Source: Thermodesulfobacteriota bacterium | GTDB taxonomy: Bacteria; Desulfobacterota_D; UBA1144; Nemesobacterales; UBA2774 | Reading direction: 5' to 3' | Length of the DNA: 64,000 nucleotides | Assembly: GCA_021604765.1 (NCBI GenBank) | Contig: BQJP01000001.1 | Coordinates: 262,226 to 326,225, forward strand | Shown here: in pieces, positions 55,693 through 64,000 of the stretch | Numbering within the stretch: position 1 is the first letter of the stretch | Layout: the number at the start of each line of letters is the position of its first letter | Made by a program: the position numbers and the translations under genes | Notes under the pieces: generated by a model | The model's database searches: none | What the model saw: the letters and a program-made list of their open reading frames with translations, nothing else | What the model was told of the DNA's origin: nothing

Positions 55693-57260
55693 ATCGACTT
55701 TATATATCCTTTGCTAAATAGACTCTTGAAAAGAGATGTTGTTTCCTTATCGCTGAACTCATTAAAATTCTCTTTAAATTTCTTCCTTACTCCCATCTGT
55801 TGTTGATAAAGTACTGAAATGAGACCACCTGCGGCAGCAAGGGTCTTTTGTTTGGATTGATCATACCCTATGTCGGTCTGGCTGAGAAACTTTTTAAGAC
55901 TCTCTTGTTGTATACAGAGGTCGTTAAAGTCCCCGAGATTGTCCTGAAGTATTTTTAGGTGTTTGATGATGACTTTCATGTTATCCTCAGGGAAAAGTGA
56001 GGAGAAGAATTCCAAAAGATATCTAAGCTTCTTGCCTTCTATCCTCAGGTTGTGAACCTCTTCGTCAGGGGTATTGCTGTCTATCTTTCTCCCAAGTTTT
56101 ATAACCTTAGAATATTTCTTCCAGATATGTTCTTTAGCAAGCTCAATTATTGCCCTATCACAATTTGGAGCAAGTCCTGGATTGCTGACTTTCTTTCTTA
56201 AAAAATCATCCCATGATTTTATAATTTCTTTATATGTTTGTGATTTAAGGAAATCTGCACAATCTTTCTTAGTTTTTTCTCTCTGCTTAGATAAAGATCG
56301 AAAAATTGGATCAAGTCCGACTCTTAGATCTGCGGGGATCATTTTTTTGTACAAGTCTTCACTTAAGAGGTAAACATCTAAATCTCTAAGTTCATTTGTA
56401 GCTTTTCCGATTATGGAAAACTCTTCTTTGAATTTGTCCGTATCTTCGGGTGAAAAGATAGCCTTTATCTGACTCAGCGCAGAGCGTGTTCTCCTTACTG
56501 CGACTCTAAAATCGTGCAGAAATTCAGTGTCTATGTCCTCTATAATGCCAAATTCATTTACCTGCATCGTTTCAAGTAAGTTGTGGAAAATAAGCTTTGC
56601 CGCATCTTGAGCTTTCATCTCCGGCATTAAATGCACATTGATTTTAGATGAGTAATTAAGTGGGTATTTCCCACTAAACGATCCTGCAGCTGAAATGAGA
56701 TCTCCATCGGAGTTTATAAGTCCAATTGTACCTAAATATTTCTTGAAACTGGTTGCCTGGTCTTCATATCCCCTTACCGTTTTAATCTGCACCACAACAG
56801 CAGGTTTTGAGTGAGAGCTATCTAACATTTTCAGGTCTTTGATGTACACAAAGAGCACAGTTTTCTTGTCTTCGTTTAATAACCTAAGCGTAGCTATGGA
56901 GCGTTGTATATTGGCTAGCGAAAGAAGGGCTCTAATATCTGTTAAGGGCTTAATCTTTTTTCTTAGATCACACTTGGGAAAGTCCCACCAGAACTTTAGA
57001 CTTATATTGTCAGTGTCCTCAAATGTAGCCAAGGGGTGGCCCTGCGTGAGGTCTTTTAGGTAATATGAGTTTCCTTCTTTTACCAGAGCAAGGTTTGCGC
57101 TGTGAAGGCGTCTGTCAAATGTATCAAAGAATTCTTCTTTTTTCTTCTGCGGGGGGTTGAGTACAAAATTGTAATCCGTTGCGAGTTTGCGCAGCAGATC
57201 TGCACGGTCCATTGTATCCGGAAGGCTGTAATATTCACTGTTGTCCGAATGTGCTGTCAT
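55689..57260 (-). CDS. CHAD domain protein with a CYTH-like N-terminus
   Basis: 'FDTFDRRL', 'EFLHDFRVAVRRTRS', 'LRDLDV', 'VHNLRIEGKKLRY' and 'LQDNLGDFND' motifs. Confidence 0.92.
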   Translation of the reverse strand: MTAHSDNSEYYSLPDTMDRADLLRKLATDYNFVLNPPQKKKEEFFDTFDRRLHSANLALVKEGNSYYLKDLTQGHPLATFEDTDNISLKFWWDFPKCDLRKKIKPLTDIRALLSLANIQRSIATLRLLNEDKKTVLFVYIKDLKMLDSSHSKPAVVVQIKTVRGYEDQATSFKKYLGTIGLINSDGDLISAAGSFSGKYPLNYSSKINVHLMPEMKAQDAAKLIFHNLLETMQVNEFGIIEDIDTEFLHDFRVAVRRTRSALSQIKAIFSPEDTDKFKEEFSIIGKATNELRDLDVYLLSEDLYKKMIPADLRVGLDPIFRSLSKQREKTKKDCADFLKSQTYKEIIKSWDDFLRKKVSNPGLAPNCDRAIIELAKEHIWKKYSKVIKLGRKIDSNTPDEEVHNLRIEGKKLRYLLEFFSSLFPEDNMKVIIKHLKILQDNLGDFNDLCIQQESLKKFLSQTDIGYDQSKQKTLAAAGGLISVLYQQQMGVRKKFKENFNEFSDKETTSLFKSLFSKGYIKSI

Positions 57261-57318
57261 TTATTTAATATATGCGAAATATTTCTGTATAAAAGGGGCT
57301 AAATATTTCCAAGCCTTC

Positions 57319-58212
57319 TTAAGCTTCGAGCTTTAACCTTTTTTGCTTTTCGTAAAGCACATGAATTATGCCGTCTGAAAGCCCGATGCTGGGTACATAA
57401 AGCTGTTTAATGTCTGCCCACTTGAGCGCTTTTAGAAAAATCTTGGTCGCAGGCACAATCACATCCGCACGGTCGGGGCGAAGGTTGAGTTTTGATATCC
57501 TGTCCTCATAGCTGTATGAATTCACAAGGTCAGATACTTGCTTGATGCCTTTATATGATAAAAATTCTCCATCATCTTTGTGTGACATTTTTAATACCTT
57601 ATTGATATTTCCTCCAGTTCCAATGCCTTTGATGGAAGGATAATCAGAAGTGCTATTCTTAATCCAGGTTCTCATTTCCTGCCATTCCGACTTGGGAACC
57701 TGCTCTGTGAGCAGACGCACCGTGCCTAGTTTGAAAGAGTGAGAGTCTACAATGACGGAGTCTGAAATGAGCGTAAGCTCTGTACTTCCTCCTCCGACAT
57801 CTATATACAGATAGTTCCCTTTATCATCGAGAGCTTCGGCAACGTGGGTTGAGTATATAATCTCTGCCTCTCTGTGGCCGTCTATAACTTCAAGTTCAAT
57901 TCCAGATTCCTTCTCTATTGCGTTGACAATTTCATGTGCATTATCAGCCTCTCTCATGGCGGCTGTGGCTATAGCCATATAATCAAGGGGTGAATAAGAT
58001 TCTATGAGATATTTGAAAGCCATCATTGCTTTTATAAGGCTATCGGCTTTTTCATCTGAAATTCTTCTCTTCACAAACGCGTCGTCCCCAAGCCTGATGG
58101 GGACTCTAAAGAGCGAGTCTTTTTTGAAGAAAATTTCCCCTTTGTTTTCGAAGACCTGTGTGAAGAGGAGCCTTATGGCATTTGATCCGACATCTATGGC
58201 AGCGAATTTCAC
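57319..58212 (-). CDS. ppx: Exopolyphosphatase, Ppx/GppA family
   Basis: 'AAIDVGSNAIRL', 'ATAAMREA', 'IDVGGGSTEL' and 'DRADVI' motifs. Confidence 0.92.
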   Translation of the reverse strand: MKFAAIDVGSNAIRLLFTQVFENKGEIFFKKDSLFRVPIRLGDDAFVKRRISDEKADSLIKAMMAFKYLIESYSPLDYMAIATAAMREADNAHEIVNAIEKESGIELEVIDGHREAEIIYSTHVAEALDDKGNYLYIDVGGGSTELTLISDSVIVDSHSFKLGTVRLLTEQVPKSEWQEMRTWIKNSTSDYPSIKGIGTGGNINKVLKMSHKDDGEFLSYKGIKQVSDLVNSYSYEDRISKLNLRPDRADVIVPATKIFLKALKWADIKQLYVPSIGLSDGIIHVLYEKQKRLKLEA

Positions 58213-58262
58213 TTATTTGTCCAGTTTTTTAAAGCAGTAGTATAGAAAATTTAAAACGTTTT

Positions 58263-58571
58263 TTATTCTACCTTACTCAAGTAAAAAAACACCATCATAC
58301 GGGTGAATTTCTCATCGCAGAGCATAAGGTTTTCATTTAAAAGGCTGTTTTTTATCACACTAAGCGCTTCGTCTTTACTTACGGCGCTAACTTCGTCTTT
58401 ATTCTTAACCAGCTGAAGTTCATCCTCTGTGGAAAATAGCGAACGGATTTTCATTCCCGCAAGCTGAAACTGTTCATCTGAACCATCTCCCTCAAGAGAC
58501 CATTCCATATTTTCTTTCATCCAAATCTCAATCCTTAGGGTTTGTAGCGGTTCAGTGTGTTTAAGATTCAT
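58263..58571 (-). CDS. Hypothetical protein
   Basis: 102 aa, tightly packed within a co-oriented gene run. Confidence 0.55.
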   Translation of the reverse strand: MNLKHTEPLQTLRIEIWMKENMEWSLEGDGSDEQFQLAGMKIRSLFSTEDELQLVKNKDEVSAVSKDEALSVIKNSLLNENLMLCDEKFTRMMVFFYLSKVE

Positions 58572-58573
58572 AA

Positions 58574-59896
58574 CTATTTATTATACTCGCTACTATTAAT
58601 ATAATTGTCTAAAAAATTGTTTATTGAAAGCGCCATTACCTCATGTCCCGCTTCAGTCCAGTGCATATCGTATTTGTAATAGAGGGGATCTTTGCCTTGA
58701 TAAGACCTGAAATCAGGAAAAGTGTTTAAAAAAGGAAGATCGTTTTGCTGTGTAAATTTTTCAAGTTCAATAACCGTTCTATCGGAGATTTCATGGGATT
58801 TCGGAACAAACTCATATCGCCCTGGCACCCACTCCCAATTATTCACCTGATGTCCCCAAGGGTAGGTGGTAATAATATACTCGCACCCCTTGGTTTCGCA
58901 GAGCTTTTTTATTTCCATCATACTTTGCTTGACCAAACCAAATAATTCGTTGAATTCCTGATCATCATATATTTTAAGTGTGTGCTCTAGGAGCTTTGTT
59001 GATGGACGAGCAACTAGGTTTTCAAGATTCATCAACTCGCTCGCGTATGATTCGTAGTAAATATACTGGTGAATTATTGAAACCGTTAGCATGTTCGAGT
59101 ATATCCAGCCCCTTAATCTCTTGAAGACAGGATCCTTTGTTTCTTTCTCAATGCCGTTCACAGCAATTATGTTTCCATCTTCATCAAACGATCCAGATTT
59201 TCTGTATACGTATTCCTGAACTAGATCTGACATATCAAAATTAAGTATTACGAGGTCGGGGTTGATCAAATCTATTTTTTCTTTTAGCTGCAGGTATTGA
59301 AGTACGGGTGAGTAGCTATCTATACCGCAGTTGATAACTTCGTATCTGCCGCCATTTTTGTTAAGCATGTTTTCAAGCAATGCTGAGAAGGTTTCGTTAT
59401 CATTGACACCTTTTCCCATGGTAAATGAATCTCCTAACATTAATATCCTCTCTGTCGAATCTGCCTTCGCCTCAGATATCTGCTCGCCCCTACACCCAAT
59501 GTTATTAGCCATAATATTGGTATCGTAAGCGAGCATATGTGTTACTTGTGAAGTCGTATTTGGAATTAATTCGTGATGAACTCTTGCGTCTCTTCTGATG
59601 CTGGGAGATATTTTTTTGAGTACTGTTTGTCCTGCAATATAGTCTGTAATTACAAATCCCGCTATAAATATAAAATAAGATACCCAGAGTTTTTGAATTA
59701 ATTTTTTCTTTCCACTATACAAGCCGGTTAGAGAGTAGATGCAAAATCCCAGGTTCAAAACTAAGAATGATATAGCAGCGATACTCGCAATGGTCGGAAT
59801 GTTTGTTCTCTTAGTAGTGAATAAGAATATAAATGCAATTAGGAGAAAAAATGAGATAACCAGGTCTAACGATATTACTGCTCTTAATATTCTCAT
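58574..59896 (-). CDS. Membrane-anchored SGNH/GDSL hydrolase family protein
   Basis: 'LGDSFTMG', 'VINCG' and 'DMHWTEAGH' motifs; N-terminal TM helices. Confidence 0.85.
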   Translation of the reverse strand: MRILRAVISLDLVISFFLLIAFIFLFTTKRTNIPTIASIAAISFLVLNLGFCIYSLTGLYSGKKKLIQKLWVSYFIFIAGFVITDYIAGQTVLKKISPSIRRDARVHHELIPNTTSQVTHMLAYDTNIMANNIGCRGEQISEAKADSTERILMLGDSFTMGKGVNDNETFSALLENMLNKNGGRYEVINCGIDSYSPVLQYLQLKEKIDLINPDLVILNFDMSDLVQEYVYRKSGSFDEDGNIIAVNGIEKETKDPVFKRLRGWIYSNMLTVSIIHQYIYYESYASELMNLENLVARPSTKLLEHTLKIYDDQEFNELFGLVKQSMMEIKKLCETKGCEYIITTYPWGHQVNNWEWVPGRYEFVPKSHEISDRTVIELEKFTQQNDLPFLNTFPDFRSYQGKDPLYYKYDMHWTEAGHEVMALSINNFLDNYINSSEYNK

Positions 59897-59903
59897 AGTT
59901 TTT

Positions 59904-61103
59904 TTATTTAGGGTTTTCTTCTATTAGTCTTTCTGTAATTATTTTGTCAGCTACTGTTTGAGCTAAGAGCGCAGCGCCTTCTTTAGTATAGTGCACATCA
60001 TCTCTGAAATATTCCATGTTTCTGGGGAGTGCCTTCTCAGAATCAACTATCACTACATTTTTACTCTGGGCTATTTGAACAGCACTGATATTAAATGCCT
60101 CCATTGCAGTTCTTAAGGAAGTGGCTGAAGGGTATGTATACTTTAAGAATCCAATGTTTTCTTTACAGTATGAGTTTCCAAATGTGAGCGCCATCCTTTC
60201 TTCTTTGTTCATAGTGCCTTTATATAGAAAAGGTTGAGTCATAACTACCGGCAATACACCATCAGCTTTTAGATACTGTATTAGTGTTCCCAGGTTGCGC
60301 TCATATTCCGCTCTAGATTTAAATTTTTCTACCGGAAGCTCAACTTCATTCTTTTTAACTGCTGAGAGCCAAATGTTGGTAAAAGGTGAGAGTATCCATT
60401 TTTCAAATGTGATGGGTTTTGCACCGTTGATTGATGGTCCGTAAAAATGAGACCAATGTCTATTATATTTGCCAACTGTAAAATTCTCATCTTCACAAGA
60501 GCGCATAATATCATTTACACCATGCATGATGATTGCTATGTCTGGTTTCCATTCTCTCATATTAGTGGTGTAATTAATGAGTGAATGTTTGGTTGTGTAC
60601 CACATCATGCCGGCATTAAATAGTTCGATGTTTTTATCTGGGTATTCCTCTCTAAGAATCTTCAAAAGCACTGTTGGATATTTTTGCTTATATGGTAGTC
60701 CACCGTTCTGTGTAGTTGATCCACCGAGTGTGAGAATACGAATAGTGTTTTCGGATTTCTCAAACTTAGCCGAATTTACTTTTGGCGGGGGCATTTGAAG
60801 AAATGGGTCAAAAGGATGAAGTCTAGTGTTGTAATAAATCATGGAGCAGATTGCATAAATAATTATCAGCATTCCAAGGGCAGGTATGACTGACAGCATC
60901 ACATTCTTTGATCCGAATCTGCTAGATAAATATCTAAGTCCTTGCGGGATCAAAAACCCAAGGGCTAAGATAATTAATAGAGCGATATGTTCAATAGAGT
61001 AGGGACCTAAGGTGGGATTAGAAGATCTATGAAATAAAAATCCTGCGAATACAAAAAAGTATGCGAGGTAGAAAATTGTTTTGATTACAACCGTGATTTT
61101 CAT
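59904..61103 (-). CDS. Membrane-anchored SGNH/GDSL hydrolase family protein
   Basis: 'LGGSTT', 'NAG', 'HGVND' and 'DDVHYT' motifs. Confidence 0.85.
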   Translation of the reverse strand: MKITVVIKTIFYLAYFFVFAGFLFHRSSNPTLGPYSIEHIALLIILALGFLIPQGLRYLSSRFGSKNVMLSVIPALGMLIIIYAICSMIYYNTRLHPFDPFLQMPPPKVNSAKFEKSENTIRILTLGGSTTQNGGLPYKQKYPTVLLKILREEYPDKNIELFNAGMMWYTTKHSLINYTTNMREWKPDIAIIMHGVNDIMRSCEDENFTVGKYNRHWSHFYGPSINGAKPITFEKWILSPFTNIWLSAVKKNEVELPVEKFKSRAEYERNLGTLIQYLKADGVLPVVMTQPFLYKGTMNKEERMALTFGNSYCKENIGFLKYTYPSATSLRTAMEAFNISAVQIAQSKNVVIVDSEKALPRNMEYFRDDVHYTKEGAALLAQTVADKIITERLIEENPK

Positions 61104-61121
61104 TCAAGCCCTAATTAATTG

Positions 61122-61469
61122 TTATTCTTTTTCCTGAAGGACAAATGCTATCGTCTGAACTTGTATTTTGTCATCTTCGTCAAACACGAATGTGTCAGAT
61201 GCAAAAGGCACTACATAACCATCTGAATCCGCATGCCATACCAGATAGGCGATATTCTCCTCAATCACTTTGTCATGTAGATGAAAATTGCATCCCGGCG
61301 GCAGCACTTCAGTAACCAAATTAGTAAAAAAGTCTTTAATTTGATCAAGTCCTCTGATTACAGTGTTAGGGATTATTATTACAGATTCCTCAGTATAATC
61401 CTCAAGTATTGCTTCGACATCTCCTTCCCCAAATGAATATAAATGGTGATCGAGAGTAATTTCAGACAT
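61122..61469 (-). CDS. SnoaL/NTF2-like protein
   Basis: 'LDHHL..F..GDVEAILEDYTEES' and 'SDTFVF...KIQVQT'; start refined to MSEITL. Confidence 0.8.
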   Translation of the reverse strand: MSEITLDHHLYSFGEGDVEAILEDYTEESVIIIPNTVIRGLDQIKDFFTNLVTEVLPPGCNFHLHDKVIEENIAYLVWHADSDGYVVPFASDTFVFDEDDKIQVQTIAFVLQEKE

Positions 61470-61556
61470 AATAATATCCTCCAATAATTTTATATCTACA
61501 ATATAACTTAGTAACAAAATATAGGGAATAACGATTGGTTAAAACTTAAGAAAAAA

Positions 61557-61898
61557 TTAGTCTTGTGGTTGCTCATTGGTTTCATTCGGAAGAGAGACGT
61601 TGTTTCCCTTTATGAACTTCTGGCCTTCTTTGCTTTCAATAACTACCATTAGAGATTTGTTGCACCTGGGGCATATGCGCCCTGGCTTTCTTGAATCCAA
61701 GAAATTTAAAAAACCAACAATAATACTAGCAATAGCTAAAATGTGAATGATGATTCCAGTTCCGCTAAGGTGGTCTATGTTTATGGCAATAAGCGCTATG
61801 CCCAAAGATATCTGAGCTATGGCAACGTATAAATTCCCTGAGAATAACCCATGCCTGCCATTACCAATAAGAAGGCATCCTCTACATATTTGTTTCAT
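61557..61898 (-). CDS. Small membrane protein with CxxC pairs
   Basis: CRGC, two TM helices, CPRC. Confidence 0.55.
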   Translation of the reverse strand: MKQICRGCLLIGNGRHGLFSGNLYVAIAQISLGIALIAINIDHLSGTGIIIHILAIASIIVGFLNFLDSRKPGRICPRCNKSLMVVIESKEGQKFIKGNNVSLPNETNEQPQD

Positions 61899-61961
61899 GA
61901 GGCGTTATTATAAAGTACTCAGAAAATAAATCGAGTTAGAGAATTAAATAAGTTTATGCAG

Positions 61962-62669
61962 TTAAATAGGCAGCATTCTGTTTTTTGAGGTGTTAAATAT
62001 CCACATCATCTCATTGCCGCCCCGCTGAATCTCATAGGGTACTTTTTTGATTTTCACCGTATAACCATCTCTTTCGAGTTCTTTTATAAGAGGTTCTATA
62101 TAAGGAGAGCGTCTCAGCATCAGATCGAGAAGTGGAAAAATTCGGACTCCTTCTGCAATACGCAGCATTTCATATACAGCGGCTTTATGGAAGTTGTAGT
62201 CATAGTGATCAGAGTATAGAAATAGCAAATGAGAACACAAAGCGATATCAAATGTCTTGTCTTGAAATTGTAGAGCTGGTAGTTCTCCTGTCAGATAACG
62301 CCCCTCTTTTTTCCCTAGCTCAAAGTCTGAGGTGAAACGGTTAAGCGCCTCTATTCGATGGTTCCTTAAATCATCAGGGGACATATGATATGTCCACGTC
62401 CAGTCACCGGGAGTGTTCCTAACCTGCTCAATGATATTGTCGAAAACCTTGTCGAACTTGCGGGATATGTCTTTTGCAGTGAAAAAGTAAATAGGGTCTA
62501 CAGAAACAACTGTTTTACCCATCTCCTTCATCTCGGCATTAAAACTGGCGGGGCCGTCACCCACGCCAATTATTCTTTTGTCTAAGTCGCTTTTTGAGAG
62601 GTTAAACATGAGTCTGTACTCATCAAAAGACCTTCCAAGAGGGACAACGTTCTTTAACTTCAGTGCCAT
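61962..62669 (-). CDS. SAM-dependent methyltransferase-like protein
   Basis: 'GRSFDEY..MF', 'GDGPASF', 'FDIALCSHLLFLY' and 'VRIFPL' motifs. Confidence 0.85.
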   Translation of the reverse strand: MALKLKNVVPLGRSFDEYRLMFNLSKSDLDKRIIGVGDGPASFNAEMKEMGKTVVSVDPIYFFTAKDISRKFDKVFDNIIEQVRNTPGDWTWTYHMSPDDLRNHRIEALNRFTSDFELGKKEGRYLTGELPALQFQDKTFDIALCSHLLFLYSDHYDYNFHKAAVYEMLRIAEGVRIFPLLDLMLRRSPYIEPLIKELERDGYTVKIKKVPYEIQRGGNEMMWIFNTSKNRMLPI

Positions 62670-62752
62670 GGGGTAATAATTAAACCCCGAGGTGGAAAAA
62701 AATCAATATTTGCGCAATAGGGAAGGGGTCTTTCATTAAAACTGTAACTTCA

Positions 62753-63964
62753 TTATCTGCCAAAAATCTCACGCGCTATGACCATCTTATGAATCTCGTT
62801 TGAGCCCTCATATATCTCGCCCACTTTTGAGTCGCGGTAAATCTCCTCCACTTTATAGGTGGATTTGTCGTGCCCAAGCTCTACCATAAGCCCGTAGCCC
62901 CCGAATATTTGCACAGCGTCTCTTGCCATATCAACGGAGATTTTAGAGCCGTAAAATTTTGCCCCGGATGATTCCAGGATTGGAAACTGGTTGCCTGAGT
63001 CTATTTGAAGGCCACTCTTTATATATAAGTTTCTTGCATTCTCAATCTCAATTGCGCGCTCTGCCATTAAAAACTGCCAATGCTGGAACTGGCTTATCGT
63101 TTTGCCAAACGCCTTTCTCTCATTCATGAAAGATACGCTTTCATCAAATGCCGACTGAGCCATTCCGACTCCTCCTGCACCTATCCCAGTTCGTCCATAC
63201 ATAAGCGCTCTTAGGCATACCTTAAGCCCGTCACCTACTTCGCCTATAAGGTTTTCTTTGGGTACGCGCACCTTATCAAAATAGATGTCGTATGTAAGCT
63301 CACCTCTATTGCCGAGCTTCTTGTCTGGTTCGCTTGTTCTGACTCCTTTTGATTTCATGTCAATCACGAACATGCAGGACTTGCCGTTTAAATCTACAAG
63401 AGTTGTTGTGTAGTCTGCTATGCCCGCGTTTGTGATATAGCGTTTTTGTCCCGAGACAATATATCCGCCTCTGGCTTTGGTTGCCTTGGTTATGAGAGAC
63501 GATGACCTTACGTCTGAGCCCGACTGAGGCTCCGTCATTGCGAACGCGCCTATAGCCTCACACTCTATAAGCGGTTTTAGGTAATTTCGTTTTATATAGT
63601 TGGACCCTTGAGCAAGGCTCATACCCGCGAGTAGAAAGTGGGCGTTTACAGAGCCTGAAAAACTTGCGCTTATATAAGCCATCTCTTCTGCAAGAGTGGC
63701 CGCTGCGCATGCTGGATATTTAAGTCCCATGCCCCCGTCTTTCTTCTTGTGTGGAACTTTGAAGAATCCTTTTTTAGCCATGGATTTGAAAAGCTCCATC
63801 GGGAAGTTTTCGTTACTTTCCCTTCGCTGTCCAAGCTCATAAGCTATTGGGAACAGCTCTTTCTCTGCAAACGATCTAAATTTCTTTCTTAGTTTTAGAG
63901 TTTCCTCGGGTACATAATCATTCTTATATAGCTTCTCGCTCATTCTCTGTGGCAGTTGTCTCAT
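62753..63964 (-). CDS. Acyl-CoA dehydrogenase family protein
   Basis: 'FAMTEPQSGSD', 'GQKRYITNA', 'AVQIFGGYG' and 'IYEGSNEIHK' motifs. Confidence 0.95.
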   Translation of the reverse strand: MRQLPQRMSEKLYKNDYVPEETLKLRKKFRSFAEKELFPIAYELGQRRESNENFPMELFKSMAKKGFFKVPHKKKDGGMGLKYPACAAATLAEEMAYISASFSGSVNAHFLLAGMSLAQGSNYIKRNYLKPLIECEAIGAFAMTEPQSGSDVRSSSLITKATKARGGYIVSGQKRYITNAGIADYTTTLVDLNGKSCMFVIDMKSKGVRTSEPDKKLGNRGELTYDIYFDKVRVPKENLIGEVGDGLKVCLRALMYGRTGIGAGGVGMAQSAFDESVSFMNERKAFGKTISQFQHWQFLMAERAIEIENARNLYIKSGLQIDSGNQFPILESSGAKFYGSKISVDMARDAVQIFGGYGLMVELGHDKSTYKVEEIYRDSKVGEIYEGSNEIHKMVIAREIFGR

Positions 63965-64000
63965 CTGTTTCTCCCAAAATCAGCTTAGAATTCTAATATA

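Overview
Bacterial chromosomal window. The abundance and form of the IPTL-CTERM proteins suggest Candidatus Dadabacteria or a relative, but this is inference only. Bases 1-10.2 kb are the right end of a tailed-phage-like element: tape-measure C-terminus, tail and tail-tip genes, GH19 endolysin, holins and a spanin-like pair. No integrase is visible, and it abuts a truncated acyl-CoA ligase gene. Bases 10.2-54.4 kb are a mosaic accessory region of secreted, surface and redox genes. It contains eight co-oriented IPTL-CTERM genes (six with a related 3' terminator), two pentameric ligand-gated ion channels, an orphan contractile tail-tube gene, a sigma54 activator with its target promoter, and two ECF sigma factors. 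Bases 54.4-64 kb hold a Ppx-CHAD-ParA-CYTH polyphosphate cluster, SGNH proteins and an acyl-CoA dehydrogenase. Main signals not in the ORF track: (i) a 34-aa, 10-Cys metallothionein-like ORF between an ECF-type promoter and a Cys-tailed SigZ; (ii) a roughly 175-bp covarying hairpin/pseudoknot element present twice in the phage late region; (iii) three roughly 50-bp duplicated gene ends or leaders that each bracket one or two accessory genes; (iv) a nucleotide-conserved IPTL-CTERM tag plus terminator cassette attached to unrelated passenger domains. No rRNA, tRNA, CRISPR array, integrase or transposase was recognised.
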